Positions 1 to 13,340 of a DNA stretch of 64,000 nucleotides are shown here, piece after piece (positions within the stretch are counted from its first letter, which is position 1; every line of letters starts with the position of its first letter). The notes below the pieces were generated by a model that was given only the letters and a program-made list of their open reading frames with translations, searched no databases and was not told the origin of the DNA. This DNA comes from Ostrea edulis. Its lineage: Eukaryota. The position numbers and the translations under genes are program-made. Location: positions 10,230,001 through 10,294,000 of the forward strand of contig NC_079171.1 in assembly GCF_947568905.1 (NCBI RefSeq), given 5' to 3'.

Positions 1-1575
1 TTACGGAAATATTTGAACTATATCATGTCAAAGACGTCTGGTCAGATTGTATAGGTAATCAAATGACTGATAAACGTTTCAATGAATCTATGAACATAAT
101 AACCCCATACCATATTGATTTAAACATACATCATGACTCAATAATAACCCGTTAAAGCTCTTCAATCTAGGTAAACATACAACGGATGTCTATTTCATAG
201 TGTTACACGTTTGTGAAACTTAAATCTGCTATTTGATCATGCGATGTTGAGAATCCCTGTTTTGTCTTCTTATCTGCAGAATGTTGAAATCTTTCAACAG
301 AGAATTTCCGAGCTTGTAGGTGATTTAAAGACATTTAATACAACACATAAGGTATCTAAACAGCTCGTCTGTGTTCATGCACTCAAGATTAGAAAAGGCA
401 TGTGTGTTGTCGATATGGTATGACTTGTTTACTAACTATATACGTCAAAGTGCCACTAGCCCCCCCCCCCCCCCCCACCCGACACCCCTGCGCCTGAAAC
501 AGTCAATAATAACGAAAAATCAACTGTACCCGACTTTGTCAGAAGTAAACCGTACGGTATCTTTGTGGCGTTTGACGGATCTAAAGGTGGACTACGTAAA
601 ATGCCACCCCCTTCTGTATTGAATATTTCTTATCGAAATGATCATTTATAGCCATTTTTCGGGTCTTCAACACTTTTAGAAAATGGGATGAAGGACGGAA
701 AACATACAACGTTTAATCCGGGTTAGATTTGATCCTCAGTACCCCTGTTTTTTCGTTAGAGACGACTAAACCCATGTTGACCTTTTTGGAACAGTCACTG
801 CATAATGCTAGCCTTTGTCGTCATTTAGGACAATGATTCTACCACAATAATGGCTATACCAGTGGGTACACAACATTGACAGCAACAGCGAGTACACAAC
901 AATGCTTGTATCAGTGGGTACAAAACAATATTTGAACTCTAAAAGCGGTTACACAACAATGACTCTAACAGCGAGTACACAACAAAGACTGTACCAGCGA
1001 GTACACAATAATGACCATCAGCGAGTAAACAATAATGTTATCAAGAAACCCCAGTTGCATACTTTACAGCATCCCATGGTTAAATTTTAATGTGATATAT
1101 TGAAATCTATCCTCCAGTTTGATGTATTGGTTTACATTGTTAGTATCTGACAGACTGAATCCAGGACAACGAAGAAGTAAAAGTTGTGGATCTTTCTCTC
1201 AGAACAGGATATGCTTATTCCTTCTAGGCACCCAACCCCACGTCTGGTATATCCACGGGTCGGTGTTTGTCCAACTATCTATTTTATGTTGCTTATAGGA
1301 GTTATGAGATTGATCCATGTTCGCCATCTTCACTGCGCAATCGTCCATTCTTTAAATCAAAACGTAGCGACATGCATTCTAAAGCTCGCATGACAATAGT
1401 TTTATCTGTGTATAACTTCCTTGTCTTTTCTGTAAAGTTTCTTGCACAAATAACATATGAAAATATACTGATGTACTTGATTTAATTAGATTTAGTCGGC
1501 CAAAATGTAGTACTGATCTCTGATTGCATACTTTTATGAATGATTCAGTAGTATATGGTATCTCTGTGTTTGTAT

Positions 1576-1835
1576 CACGTGGGGATCCGGGTAAGAATAA
1601 GTCCTCAGTATAACGTCGCTTGTCGTAAGAGGAGATTACATGGGGCAGTTGAGAATGCAAACACCAAGGTCCCCTGTCACTGCAGGTGTAGTACGATAAA
1701 AAATCACCTCTTGCTCAATGGACATAAGCGCCTAGCATAGGCCTAAGTTTTGCAGACCTTCGTTGGCAGTGGTAACGACTCTATATGAGTGAAATATTCT
1801 CTAGAGGGACGTTAAAGAATATTAATTCAATGAAT
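1576..1835 (+). mobile_element. Older copy of the structured-head SINE; head-only fragment at about 716-770 and 3' fragment at 6825-6950 (-)
   Basis: Collinear with 48053-48310 over its full length. Confidence 0.7.
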
Positions 1836-3782
1836 TTGTTTGTATTTCATATAAACGGTATACAATACTTTGGTATGTGTTCGCTCTCTATATAGACACT
1901 ATTGCATAATCAACATATAGAGCTCGCGGTGTCCGTGGTTGCCCAACTCTCTGTTACGTATTGCTCATAGGGTTTTGAGATTGATCCCTATGCATTATCT
2001 TCACCTCTCATATAAAACAGTATGTATTTGGTTTTCGTATATCAGCACTATATAAAACATTGACATTTATTTTGTATGTAAGCACAATATAAAACATCAG
2101 TATGTTTTTTGTATGTACGCACTATATAATCCATTGGTATGGAAGATATGAAATATAAAGACAACGAACATTGATCAATTTCATAACTACTATACGCAAT
2201 GTAAAATAGATAGTTGAGCAAAAAATGGGCCCCTATACACACCAGGAGTGGGATCAGATGCCTAGGAGGGGTAAACATATTTTTGGTTTGTATATAAGCA
2301 CTATATGTAACATTGGTATTTGTTTTGTATATAAGCATTATATGATGTATTGGTATATTTTTATATATCCAAACACTATACAATAAATTGGTATGTATAT
2401 TTTTCTATAGGTACTTCCCATTCCAAAATTTGCATACACATGCAGACGTTCCTCGCCAACTTTTAATGATGTGCTTTAAATAGTGATTTATACATAGTGT
2501 TTACAGTCGTAGCAATGCAAGTTTCTTATCTTACCAACATCTACTGTGGTAGTTTACTTGAGGCTTAAAGTGCAGTTTTATGTTCACACAGCATGATGAC
2601 ACTCACGTGAGATGTCATTGTACAATTTCAGGTAAATAATAAATCGTTTTATTTTCTTTCCATTCAGCACAATTATTATCAAAAGACTACTTAACATCGT
2701 GGTCCTATATGAAACATATTCAAAGACAAATATGTGAGATAATAGAAAAATGGAAAACAAAATATAAAGTAAAAACATAAAAGATACCCACGATATCAAT
2801 GGGCAACATGTGCTGAAAATATTACATGTTAAATTCCATATCATATGTCTAATCAGCAGGAATGGCCCGATATCAGCCCGATGACCGATTGCCCAATGGT
2901 TGACATGGTACCCGAGGACTGATCTAACATATGTTATGGATTTTGACATGTAATATTATATTGATCATACGCTGCACTTTCTCATGATTTAATATTTCAT
3001 ATGAACGGGGTAGTATTTGGATGTCCAAACTTGAGTTAATGAAATAGCATTCTGGTTATCATATGCAAGTTACAATTTTGCATTTTAAAGACATATCAAA
3101 GGGTATTTGATGTACCACTGTTCTGTGGTAAAAACCTCGATACAATGATTTACAATACTAAAAACTTTGGTATATTGAATCTACTTCATGGAAAATCTCT
3201 GATTTATTAATTAAACTATGGTACCGTAAGATGTACATGCAAACAAGTCATCTATCAATTATAGATTACTATGATACAACTCTCACACATTAATTTACTA
3301 CAGAAAAACATTGATACATTGAATTACAATTGTAAAACATTGATACAATGATTTTCACTAGTGAACATATAATTTCCAGCTGGTTATGAGATTGTTGCGT
3401 CTTGATTTTTATAGCGGGCTGCTCATCATAATCGTTGTCAAATATAATTCCATGATAGAAATACAGCTATCCTCCCAGTTTGTATGTGTCAGCTAGATGG
3501 TCATAACGATCGTAACACTAAGTCGTTATTTATACAATATGTGTAAAATTCATGATGTATTTATACAAACAGTGTTTAGGGTAAAAAAAAAATAGTACAA
3601 CGATTGATTGCAACCTACACATTTCTTATTTTTTCCCCTAAATTTATCCTTAAAAGTAAGTATTAGTTAAATATAATTTGACTCATGTCCATATCTATCA
3701 ATCATAACAACAAAACGTACGAATTTTAACATTGTAAAAGACCACTCCTCACGATAAATTAAAGATGTTACCTTTTGACATG

Positions 3783-4787
3783 AAACACATTTGCTTCTTC
3801 AACAAAAATGGAAACGAGATTTATTCATATTTAGTGTTAATTCATCCCAAAATGATACTTTGTTAACCCCACTCTGATTCCAAGCACAAGTACTCTGAAG
3901 ATGAATTAAAAATATGTTGGAGCTCCTCGTTGACAATATCTTCATGGTCGTTTGTGATGAGTTATTCCAACAGTCTTTTGAAAATCCCATGGGCACGAAT
4001 TGTGCTCCTTTGTTAGCTGACCTAACTTTATATTCTCATGAAGAAGAATCTATTCTAAAACTTCTACGTGAGAAGAAAAAAATCTTGCTGTGGTCTTCAA
4101 TTCGACATTTACATTTGTCGATGACGTATTATCTATTAAGCATAATAAATTTAAATCATGTGTCGATCTGATACACTCCAATGAACTTGGGAAAAAAGAC
4201 ACCAACAACTCGTACACTTCTGCTTCATACTTAACTATTTTATTGGAAATATATTTTAATGTTAAGCTAACAGCTCAACTTAATGAGAAACGGAATTATT
4301 TCAGCATCTCCATCGTCAAATTCCTATATTTATTTAGAAATAGTCCATTATCAACTGCATATGATATTTATATATTTCAACTGATTCAATATAAAGGATC
4401 TTGTTCCGCGTATGGTGAGATTTGAAACAGAAGCAGACTATGACAAATAAGTTGATGGTGCAGGGGTTTCAGTATTTTCGTTTATAGTCAGCATTTCGCA
4501 AAGTATATTGTTGTTGTATCGATATTGTTTGCCAATACAACCTATCAATGGGTTAAACGCTGTCTGACGTGTTTCATACGAATTGTTTTGCCGTCTTGGC
4601 ACATTGATTTTGACAACGGATAACTCCGTTTACCTGATCAAGGTCAACAGTCGAAAAGAGATGCATATCCCTAGGTACTTGATCCCACTTCTGATATGTT
4701 CAAGGTTTCGTGTTTGTCCAGCTCTCTATTTTATATTGCTTATAGGAATTATGAGATAGATCACTGTTCCTTATCTTCACCTGTCAT
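3783..4787 (+). mobile_element. Penelope-like RT 3' half plus tail (decayed)
   Basis: PMGTNCAPLLADL and FVDDVLSI in ORFs 3914 and 4090; tail ends TTATCTTCACCTGTCAT. Confidence 0.8.
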
Positions 4788-6299
4788 ACAGGTATCCTCA
4801 TTAACAAATTACGCCAAAATCTCTTTTTATTACCATAACTTTGACAATTTTTCTGGACAAATCAATATAGAAGACCTATTTTACAATGCATATTGTCCTC
4901 ATTCCGGAGCGGTTTCAGAGTAGTCGTAGTCATCTAAATATTGATAAAATACTTTTAGACACATATATTTGACAACTGTATAAATTTTACTTCTATACTT
5001 GGAAAAGGATGTCCAAAACTTTGTTCCTATTCTAGATGGGTTTAGTCACCAGCTTAAAGTTGAATGATTGTTATTTTAATTTATACGTGGTGCTTACAGT
5101 CGTTAGCAATGGTGATTCTCTTTATCACGCCGTCCCATATCGTGACACAAGACTAGCGTTTTAAAGGTCCCGTTTTTGTGCAAACAGTGTGGGAACATTC
5201 TCGTAACATGTCATAAATAAGGACGGTATACAGGGTTAATCTTTTGCTTTGATGAAATGACGAATACAACAGTGATCAATATAACGATACAGAGTATGGC
5301 AAAAACTTCACTTTCTCCAGATCACCAAACTTTACAATCACCATCTTACAAAAAGTCACTCGCGATGGATAGGGGTGTAGTTCTTGAATAGATGCATATA
5401 AATTCACAAATATCAAAGTACGTAGGTAAATGTTAACTTTTCTGCGACAGTTTCAGATTCATTAGAAATCCTTACATATAATCAAATGAAGTTATTTTTA
5501 TAATATATTTTCCCTAATCTACTTACGAAGAAAAGGAAAACAATGTAACAATGGAATGACCAGAGGTAGGACCAGGTGCCCGCCATGAACCCCACATCTT
5601 GAATAGGTAACCAGAGAAATTGTAGTCAAGATCAATATCTAAAGAACGACTTATCAATTGGTATGAAGCGCGTCAGATAGAATCGACCCATCGACCGGTG
5701 GTGATAATAAATAAGGTATATACCATAATCATAAAATTTATAAAACGAGGTTAATAAAACACCTGTTTATTTGTCAGTGGTGGGATTCAGGTTGAATGTA
5801 CGTAATATGTGCATTCAGTACCTAGGATTATTCTGAAGTATGCATGGCCCAATATCGCACATGTATTGATTGTTGTGTCGGTTTTGGGTACATATGGTTA
5901 ACTCTCACTTAAAAAAGAGGCGGTTACGTCTTATACTGACGTTATTCACTCTAGATCTCCGAATACATTATACCTGCCAAACTACGCAGACATGTAGTTC
6001 TGTATTAACTATTCTCCAGAGGAATATAGTGGATGAATGAATAACAATACCTTCGAAGCGATTGGAGTGGACAAGTTTCAGGTAAATTTTTTTTTTCAAC
6101 AAAGTAGACAATGTGACAAGTAACCAAACTACAAGACTGTTTGCGATAATCAATTGTCAAATATATATGTGTAGATAATGACATAACAATGCGGGTGTTT
6201 AATAAATCAAAAGTAATAAACGAATTCAAGAGGTTTACATGAGAAATTTATTTGGGTTCCAGCTGAAAAAGCTTAGTTGGTAATTGGAATTACGCTCCA

Positions 6300-6415
6300 A
6301 CTGTCCTTTCAAAAGATGAAATTCCTCAAAACAATACGTAAGTTTTAGACACATTTAGTATTCCAGTCTATGGACTGAATGGATATGAGTTACCGTACCT
6401 AAACTATATTCATAG
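6300..6415 (+). mobile_element. Small Penelope-like fragment from upstream of the RT core
   Basis: gatgaaattcctcaaaac...ggatatgagttaccgtacct is an inverted match to 8130-8240 (EILQNH...YELPYL). Confidence 0.6.
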
Positions 6416-7040
6416 CAAAAGCCCTTCCTAAGATGCCATAATGGATCCCGTAAATAAATCATCCACAATATAGACTATGACGTCGCCATTTTTAGTAGCT
6501 GCATTGCTTGCAATTTCAGCGATTGGATTTAACAGAATACCGTCTCGCAAAAAGTCCCCAGTGTATTATCTTTCACATTGTCGTCGAAAGCTAGAGATAA
6601 GGTCCATTTATGGGCTATGATTAAGCTTTATATAACTTCTACTGATTCTGAAATAGTAAAATGTGGCAACGGGATGATGGTAATTGATATCAATATGCAA
6701 ATAGGTTATAAAATGAGGCCAAAACTCATATTAAAAATATTTTAAACATAGATGTTGCATACTCTAATAACAACATATACATATTTCAAACGGTTATACT
6801 AACGTAGATGTTACAAACTCTTTTGATTGATTGATTGAGTATTGTTTAACATCCATCTAGAGGCTATTTCATTCATATAGAGACGTCACCATTGACGGTG
6901 AAAGACTGCAATCTAGGCCTATGCTACGGCGCTTATGGCATTTGAGCAGGGATGCGTTTTATACTATAATAGAGGTTACACTTTATAATGATAACCTAGA
7001 GGTTACAAACTCTAATAATAACTTAGAACTTACAGACTCT

Positions 7041-9070
7041 GAGTTATCCGCAGTCAAAATCAGTGTACCAAAAATGGACTATCAATCGGTATAAAACACG
7101 TCAGATAGCATTTGACCCAATGGTAGGTGATATTGACGAACTAGATCGTGATAACGACCATAGAATTTGCAAAATGATGACTCAATCGAGACTATGCCAT
7201 CAACTTGTTTGTCTGTTGCTTGCCTCGATTTAAAAACTGACTATACGCAGAACAAGTTATTGCGTATCGAATCAGTTGAGATATATAAATACCATATGCA
7301 GGTGATAATGGAATATTCCTACATAATTATGGGAAGTTGATGATGGAGAAGCTGAAATCATACCGTTTGTCATACAGTTGAGTTGTCAGTTTGCCGTTAA
7401 TGTCTACTTTCAATAAAATATCTAAGTATGAACAAGAAGTGGGCGATTATATAGTGTCTTTTATTTCGAGCTCACAGAGATATATCGAATCGACAAATGT
7501 GTGAAAGTTAGTATTGCTAATAGACAAAACGTCGTCGATATATCTAAATGCCGAATTGAATGCCACAGCAAGATATTTGTTCGTCTCGCGTAGACGTTTT
7601 TGAATGAATTCTGCTTCAAATGAATATAGGAACAGGTCAGCTAGCAAAGGAGACAATCAGTGCCCATGGAAATTCCAACACTAAAGACTGCGAGAAACGG
7701 TTACATTTTTTTTTAATTTTAACTTCAGAGTACTTGTGCATGGAATCAGAGTGGTGTTGAACAGGTTAAGTTTTGGAATGACTGATCAATAGATATGAAT
7801 TATTTCCCATTTCTATTATTATTGAAGAAGCAACTGTCTATGATGTCAAAACGTCTAGTCTTTAATTTATCGAGAGGAATGGTCTTGTATAGTATTGAAC
7901 AGTGATAGGTTTTAGTATTATTGATTTGGGAAAAGTTTTTGCAATTTCAGTTGTTATATTCCACATTTGATTAGCACCACTTCGGGCAAATGTAGTCGCA
8001 CAGTAAATTTGAAGTTTCTCTTTCACAGCTGTTCATATTCCCATCAGAAGCAAATGTTGGGGCTTGGTAGCGCACTTACTGGATCCAGCAATATATCTTT
8101 TTAAGGGTTTTTATGTAGTTTAGGAATCCAGTATAGGTATGGTAACTCATATCCATTCGACCCATTGACTGGGATATCAAATGTGTCTAAAACTGAAGCA
8201 TGGTTTTGAAGAATTTCATCGTTTGAAAGGATAGTTGGAGTATAAGTATGATTATCAAAAGTGGAATTAATGCCAAGTTCGTTTAAAATACAGTTGTAAT
8301 AATTAGCCTTACAAACAAAGACAATGTTGTTACTAGCTTTGTCAGCTGGAACCAAATGATATTCCTCATGTAACCTATCTAATTATTTTATCACTTCTGG
8401 TTTAGTGAACAAAGAATGATAGATGGCACGTACTTTTGTTTTAATACCTCTAATGCGGGGTTTTAATATTCCTTTCATGCTTTTAACCCATTCTGACAAG
8501 GTATCAAGTTCTTCATTTTCATATTTAGCCATGGTGTGGCATACTTTCCGATATAATTCCTTATAGATATGATGTTCTGTCGTCAATAAAAAGACCGAGG
8601 TTCTCTGTATTTAGGACCCTTTAGAAAAAGTGATTCAATGTCCCCATTTTCAAATATATTAACATCACCAGTAATGACATGTCCAGATGAACTATAGTTG
8701 AAAGAAGATGAAGAACGATAACACGTTACTGGATTACATATAAGATGGTCTATATCTAGGCATTGCAAAGTTTGTTTATAATTAGAAAGTGTGGATGTAA
8801 TAGTAGAAGTATAGCTGTAGGAAATACAGGGTGTAGACTTGAACTTGAAATAACTGAACCTTTTTTCATGACGAATGATGTTGCTTATGTTGACGGTATC
8901 CATTCCTTTGTAAATTGAGCTTAAGGAACTGGCGGCATGATTTAAAAGGAATATAATCTATGACTTTGGTTCAAAGAGCCTGTGATTGGCAACATCGATA
9001 ATCATATAGTTCAGTCTATATTCAGGTGTTGAATAATCCAAGTATTGACAACCTGTACTTCTTCAAAACT
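7041..9070 (-). mobile_element. Decayed Penelope-like (Naiad-like) retroelement, longest copy in the window
   Basis: Consecutive ORF fragments GHVITGD..LFLKGPKYREP, VPADKASNNIVFVCK, ELPYLYWIPKLHKNP and PLLADLFLYSFE..FRYIDDVLS. Many frameshifts and an internal deletion near 7680. Confidence 0.82.
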
Positions 9071-9360
9071 CTCAATGGAACAGAGTACAATTTTGTACCA
9101 ATATGATGTGGATCATAAATTATGATATATTTGTTCAAACGGTGCCAAGGGAGAACAAAGTACAAATATTAATTACAACTCACCTATTTTTTTAAAAAAG
9201 TATTCCTAAATCCTTCCCTAAAAGCAAAATTTACATAAGTATGAATTTACTTATGTCCATATATGTTAATATGTGTCCATAAGAACATCAAATCGTATGA
9301 CTTTTCAACATTGTTCACGACCATTCCACACGGTAATTAAAGACTAGACTTATGACGTAA

Positions 9361-10418
9361 TAGACAATTGCTTCTTCAACAAAAAATGGAAAAAAGGATA
9401 TATTCATATCTAGTGATAAATCATCCCAAAAAGATACTTTGTTTAACATCACTCTGATTCCAACCACAATAACTCTGAAGTTGAAATAAAAGTTATGCTG
9501 GAGTTTCTCACTGACAAGGTATTCATGGACTTTTGTGATCAGGTCTTCCAACATTATCTTGGAATTTCCATGGACACAACTTGTGTTCTTTTGTTAGCTG
9601 ACCTGACTTTATATTCTTATGAAGCAGAATTTATACTAAGACTTCTTTGTGAGAAGAAAAACAAATAGCTTCCTGTGGCCTTCAGTTCCACATGTAAAGA
9701 TATTGACGACGTTTTATACATAAACAATAATGATTCTAATGATTAACTTATGAATTGATTGCTTTTCAATTAATTAAAGGGATACTTTTCCGTGATTTTG
9801 AAATAAAAGACACCACAGAGTATTCAACTTCTGCTTCATACTTCGATATTTTATTAGAAATAAATATCAACGGCAAAGTAAAAGCTTAACTTTATCAAAA
9901 AACGGATGGTTTCATCTTCTCCATCGTCAACTTCCTATATCTATGTAGCAATGTTTCACTTTCATCTGCATATGGTGTTCATATCTCTCAATGGATTTGA
10001 TATGCAAGAACTTGTTCTCTGTGTGGTTTGTTCTTAAATAGAGGCAGGCTATTGATAAAAAAGTTGATTGTACAGGAGTTTCAGCTGTCTCGTTTAAAGT
10101 CAGCATTTCGCAAATTGTATGGTCCTTATAAAGATTTAGTTTGCCAATGCAAACTATAATTGTGGCAATGCTGTCTGAAGTGTTTCATACCAATTGTTTG
10201 GTCATATTGGCTAAGTGGATTTGACTATTCATAACTTTGTTTATCTCATCGATATATGCGGCTCACGGCGGTTGTGGTCAGTCGACAGGGGGGTGCTTAA
10301 TCCGCCTAGACACCTGATCCCACTTCTGTTATACCCAGGGTTCCGTGTTTTCCCAACTACCTATTTTGTATTGCTTATAGGAGCTATGAGATCAGCGTTC
10401 GTTATCTTTATCTTTCAT
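9361..10418 (+). mobile_element. Penelope-like RT 3' half plus tail (decayed)
   Basis: Collinear nucleotide similarity to 3783-4787 and to the reverse complement of 46452-47460; tail present at 10255-10418. Confidence 0.8.
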
Positions 10419-12000
10419 ATAAAACCTATTTTATAATGCAAATTTGAACTGTCTTCATTACGAAGCAGGTCCAGAGTAGTGATTTAGATATCGATAAAGT
10501 ACTTTCAGACACATATATTTGACAACTGTATAACTTTTACTTCTGTACTTGGAGTGGGATTTCCAAATTCAGCCTTGCTGCAAATGGTTTAGTCGCCAGC
10601 TGTAAGTTGAATGGTTGAAATATCGATTTATACGTGGTGTTTACAATGAAATTTCATGAGTATATAAGAAATCACATATATATACGTGGTGCTTACAGTT
10701 GTTAGCAATGATGATTCTCTTTGTCATGCCGTCCCTCATTATGAAACCAGTTTTAGAGGTTCCGTTTCGTGCAAACAGTATGAGAACATTCGCGTGACAT
10801 GTCATAAATAGGGACGGTATACAGGGTTGATCTTACGTCTTAATTAAATGACGAAGATAAAATGATTCTGTTAGGGTTAAGGTTAGCGCTATAAAGATAA
10901 ATGGTATGGTGCTACTTCACTTTCTCTGGATCACCAAACTTCAGAGTTACCATCTTACAACAAGTCGCCCGCATTGATAGGGGTGTAGTTCGTGAATAGA
11001 TGCATGCATAATTTAAGAAATATCAAAGTGGGCAGATAAATATGAACTTTTCCTTGATTCATTAGAAATCCTTACATATAATCAAATGGAGGTATCTTTA
11101 AAATCTATATCTCCTAATCTACTTAAGAAGGAAAGGAAAATGATGTGACAGTGGAATCACCAGAGGTAGGATCAGGTGCTCATCGTGACCCTGACATCTT
11201 GATCAGATAATCCGAGATATTCGTAGCCAAAATAAATATCGAAAGAACTTCTTATCAATTGATCTGACGCACGTCAGATAAAATTAGACCCACTGACTGG
11301 TGGTGATAATTAATGAGATATTGACGACAATAATAAAACTTGTGATACGAGAGTAATAAAATACCCATTTATTTATCAATGGTCTGATTCGGTCTGAATC
11401 TACGTAATCTGTTCAAACAGTACCAAGGATTATTCTGAATTATATATGGCCCGATATCGCACATTTATTGATTTTTTGTGCCGGGTTTTGCGTACACACA
11501 GACTCACGTGAACTGTCAAAACTGAAAGGATAGATAGAGAAGTGGTTAAGTATTATGTTGATGTCGTTCACTCTAGATCTCCAGATTCCACGATCTTACA
11601 TTAAACAGCCAAACTACGCAGAAATGTAGTTGTGCATTAACTAATCTCCGCAGGAATATGTTTCTTAAATAAATACCAATACCTTTGCAGGGATTAGAGT
11701 GGACAGGGTTCGTGTAAATTTTATTTTTTTTACAACAAAGTTGGTTATCTTAGACACTCTGAGAATTCAACAAACTATAAGAATACTCACGATAATCAGC
11801 TTTCAAAGTATGTGTACAGAGAACAGGCTAACAATGTGTGTGCTTCTTAAATCAAAAGTGATAATATTATTAAATATGTTGCAGGGGGAATTTGTTTTGA
11901 AATAGTGTATACGTTATACTCTAATAACATAGATGTTACACTCTAATAATAACATAGATGCTACAGACTTTTATAATAAGATCGAGATTATATACTTTAA

Positions 12001-12600
12001 CTAGAAAACTGACACGGTCAGCAAGGGCCTCGCCGAGGGTTATTAGACGAAAGTGACATCTGTATTTGATATAGCAATGTTTGGGGCTGGTATATATGTT
12101 AGAAATAATAATATATAAAGATACATTGGAATGTCAATTTGTGAAAAAGGAATCATGAAGCATATTTATGAGAGACTTATGCAATTTAAATTACTTCTGT
12201 TTGACACACACTCATGACATCCACTCAAACACAACAGAGCGCAACAAAATCCCATTGTAATAGGGGATTCAACATGGATAACTGGTACAAAATATGGTAC
12301 ATACTATTCGAAAATATGGATTATGAATTTGATATATTGATGTCTTGGAAAATGAAATTCTGACATCGGGGCTCTAAGTGTTTTCGAACACATTGTCATT
12401 TGATAAAAATGTTCTACATTTTAAAAATAGAGATTAATATGTCTTTACATACATAGGTGAGAACGTTTCCATTATTCCTAGCCGAGACATACCACGTATG
12501 CGTAAAATATTCCTAAGCAAATATCAAAATACTCACGTAGACAATGTGGACCTTATACGTCAACAAGCGAAGCGAAACACGCCATTTCGAGATTTTCGCC
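12001..12600 (-). mobile_element. Helitron-like 3' end on the minus strand; 5' boundary uncertain
   Basis: The reverse complement ends CTAG|T at 12001 with hairpin CTGAC-ACG-GTCAG just inside. Confidence 0.35.
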
Positions 12601-12604
12601 GAAA

Positions 12605-12965
12605 TGATGATGATGATGATGATTGGTTCTATATAGCGCCTTTTCCAGCGTATGCTGCTCAAACCGTTTTACAGTAATCAATGTACATTATTATCCCCGG
12701 TAGACCTTATATCAATCTAGAACTTTCTCAGCCTCCTAGGAAGCATACAGTGCAAGCTGCCATTACAAGCGCTAGAGCACTAACATTTTAACAATATCTT
12801 TCACTGTCTATAGCCAGATACTCCTTTTACACTTGGTTGGAGTGAGGACATTCATGTAAAGTGCCTTTCCCAAGGGCACAATGTCAGCCCTGCCGCGGCC
12901 AGGACTCGAACCCACGACCTTTCGGTCGAGAGTCTGACGGCCTAACCACTCGGCCACCGACGCCA
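12605..12965 (-). mobile_element. tRNA-derived SINE with CORE/MIR-like central motif and (ATC)n tail
   Basis: The rc head has A box TGGCCGAGTGG and B box GGTTCGAGTCC, then GTGCCCTTGGGAAAGGCACTTTAC. Tail (GAT)n at 12605-12623. Confidence 0.8.
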
Positions 12966-12974
12966 CAACATCTG

Positions 12975-13340
12975 TTTAATATTAAAGACTCAAATAATAA
13001 CATAAATGTTATACTCTAATTATAACTTAAAGGTTGCGTACTCTAATAATAACATCGAGATTAGAGACCTAAGGAATTGCATAAATGTTACATACTCTTA
13101 TAATGTTATAGAGGTTAAGACTCTAATAATAGCATGAATGTTACAACCTTCAGTAATAACGTAAAAGTTACACACTCTGATAATAGCATAGATATTACAC
13201 TCCAATTGTGACATAGAGACTATATAATCTAATAATAACATAATGATTATAGACTCCAATAATGATAAAAAACTTTACAGACCAATAGTAACATATATTA
13301 CATACTCTAATGATAACATACAGGTTACAGACTCTGATAA
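12975..13340 (+). repeat. ~27-bp minisatellite (GTTACACTCTAATAATAACATAGAT); further pieces at 6750-7040 and 11890-12000
   Basis: Recurrent ACTCTAATAAT motif. Confidence 0.7.

Noticed and set aside
12893-12965. tRNA gene on the minus strand
   Set aside because: The acceptor and anticodon stems do not pair properly and it runs into a SINE body and (ATC)n tail, so it is a SINE head. The same applies to 24230-24320, 55006-55080 and 63243-63305.
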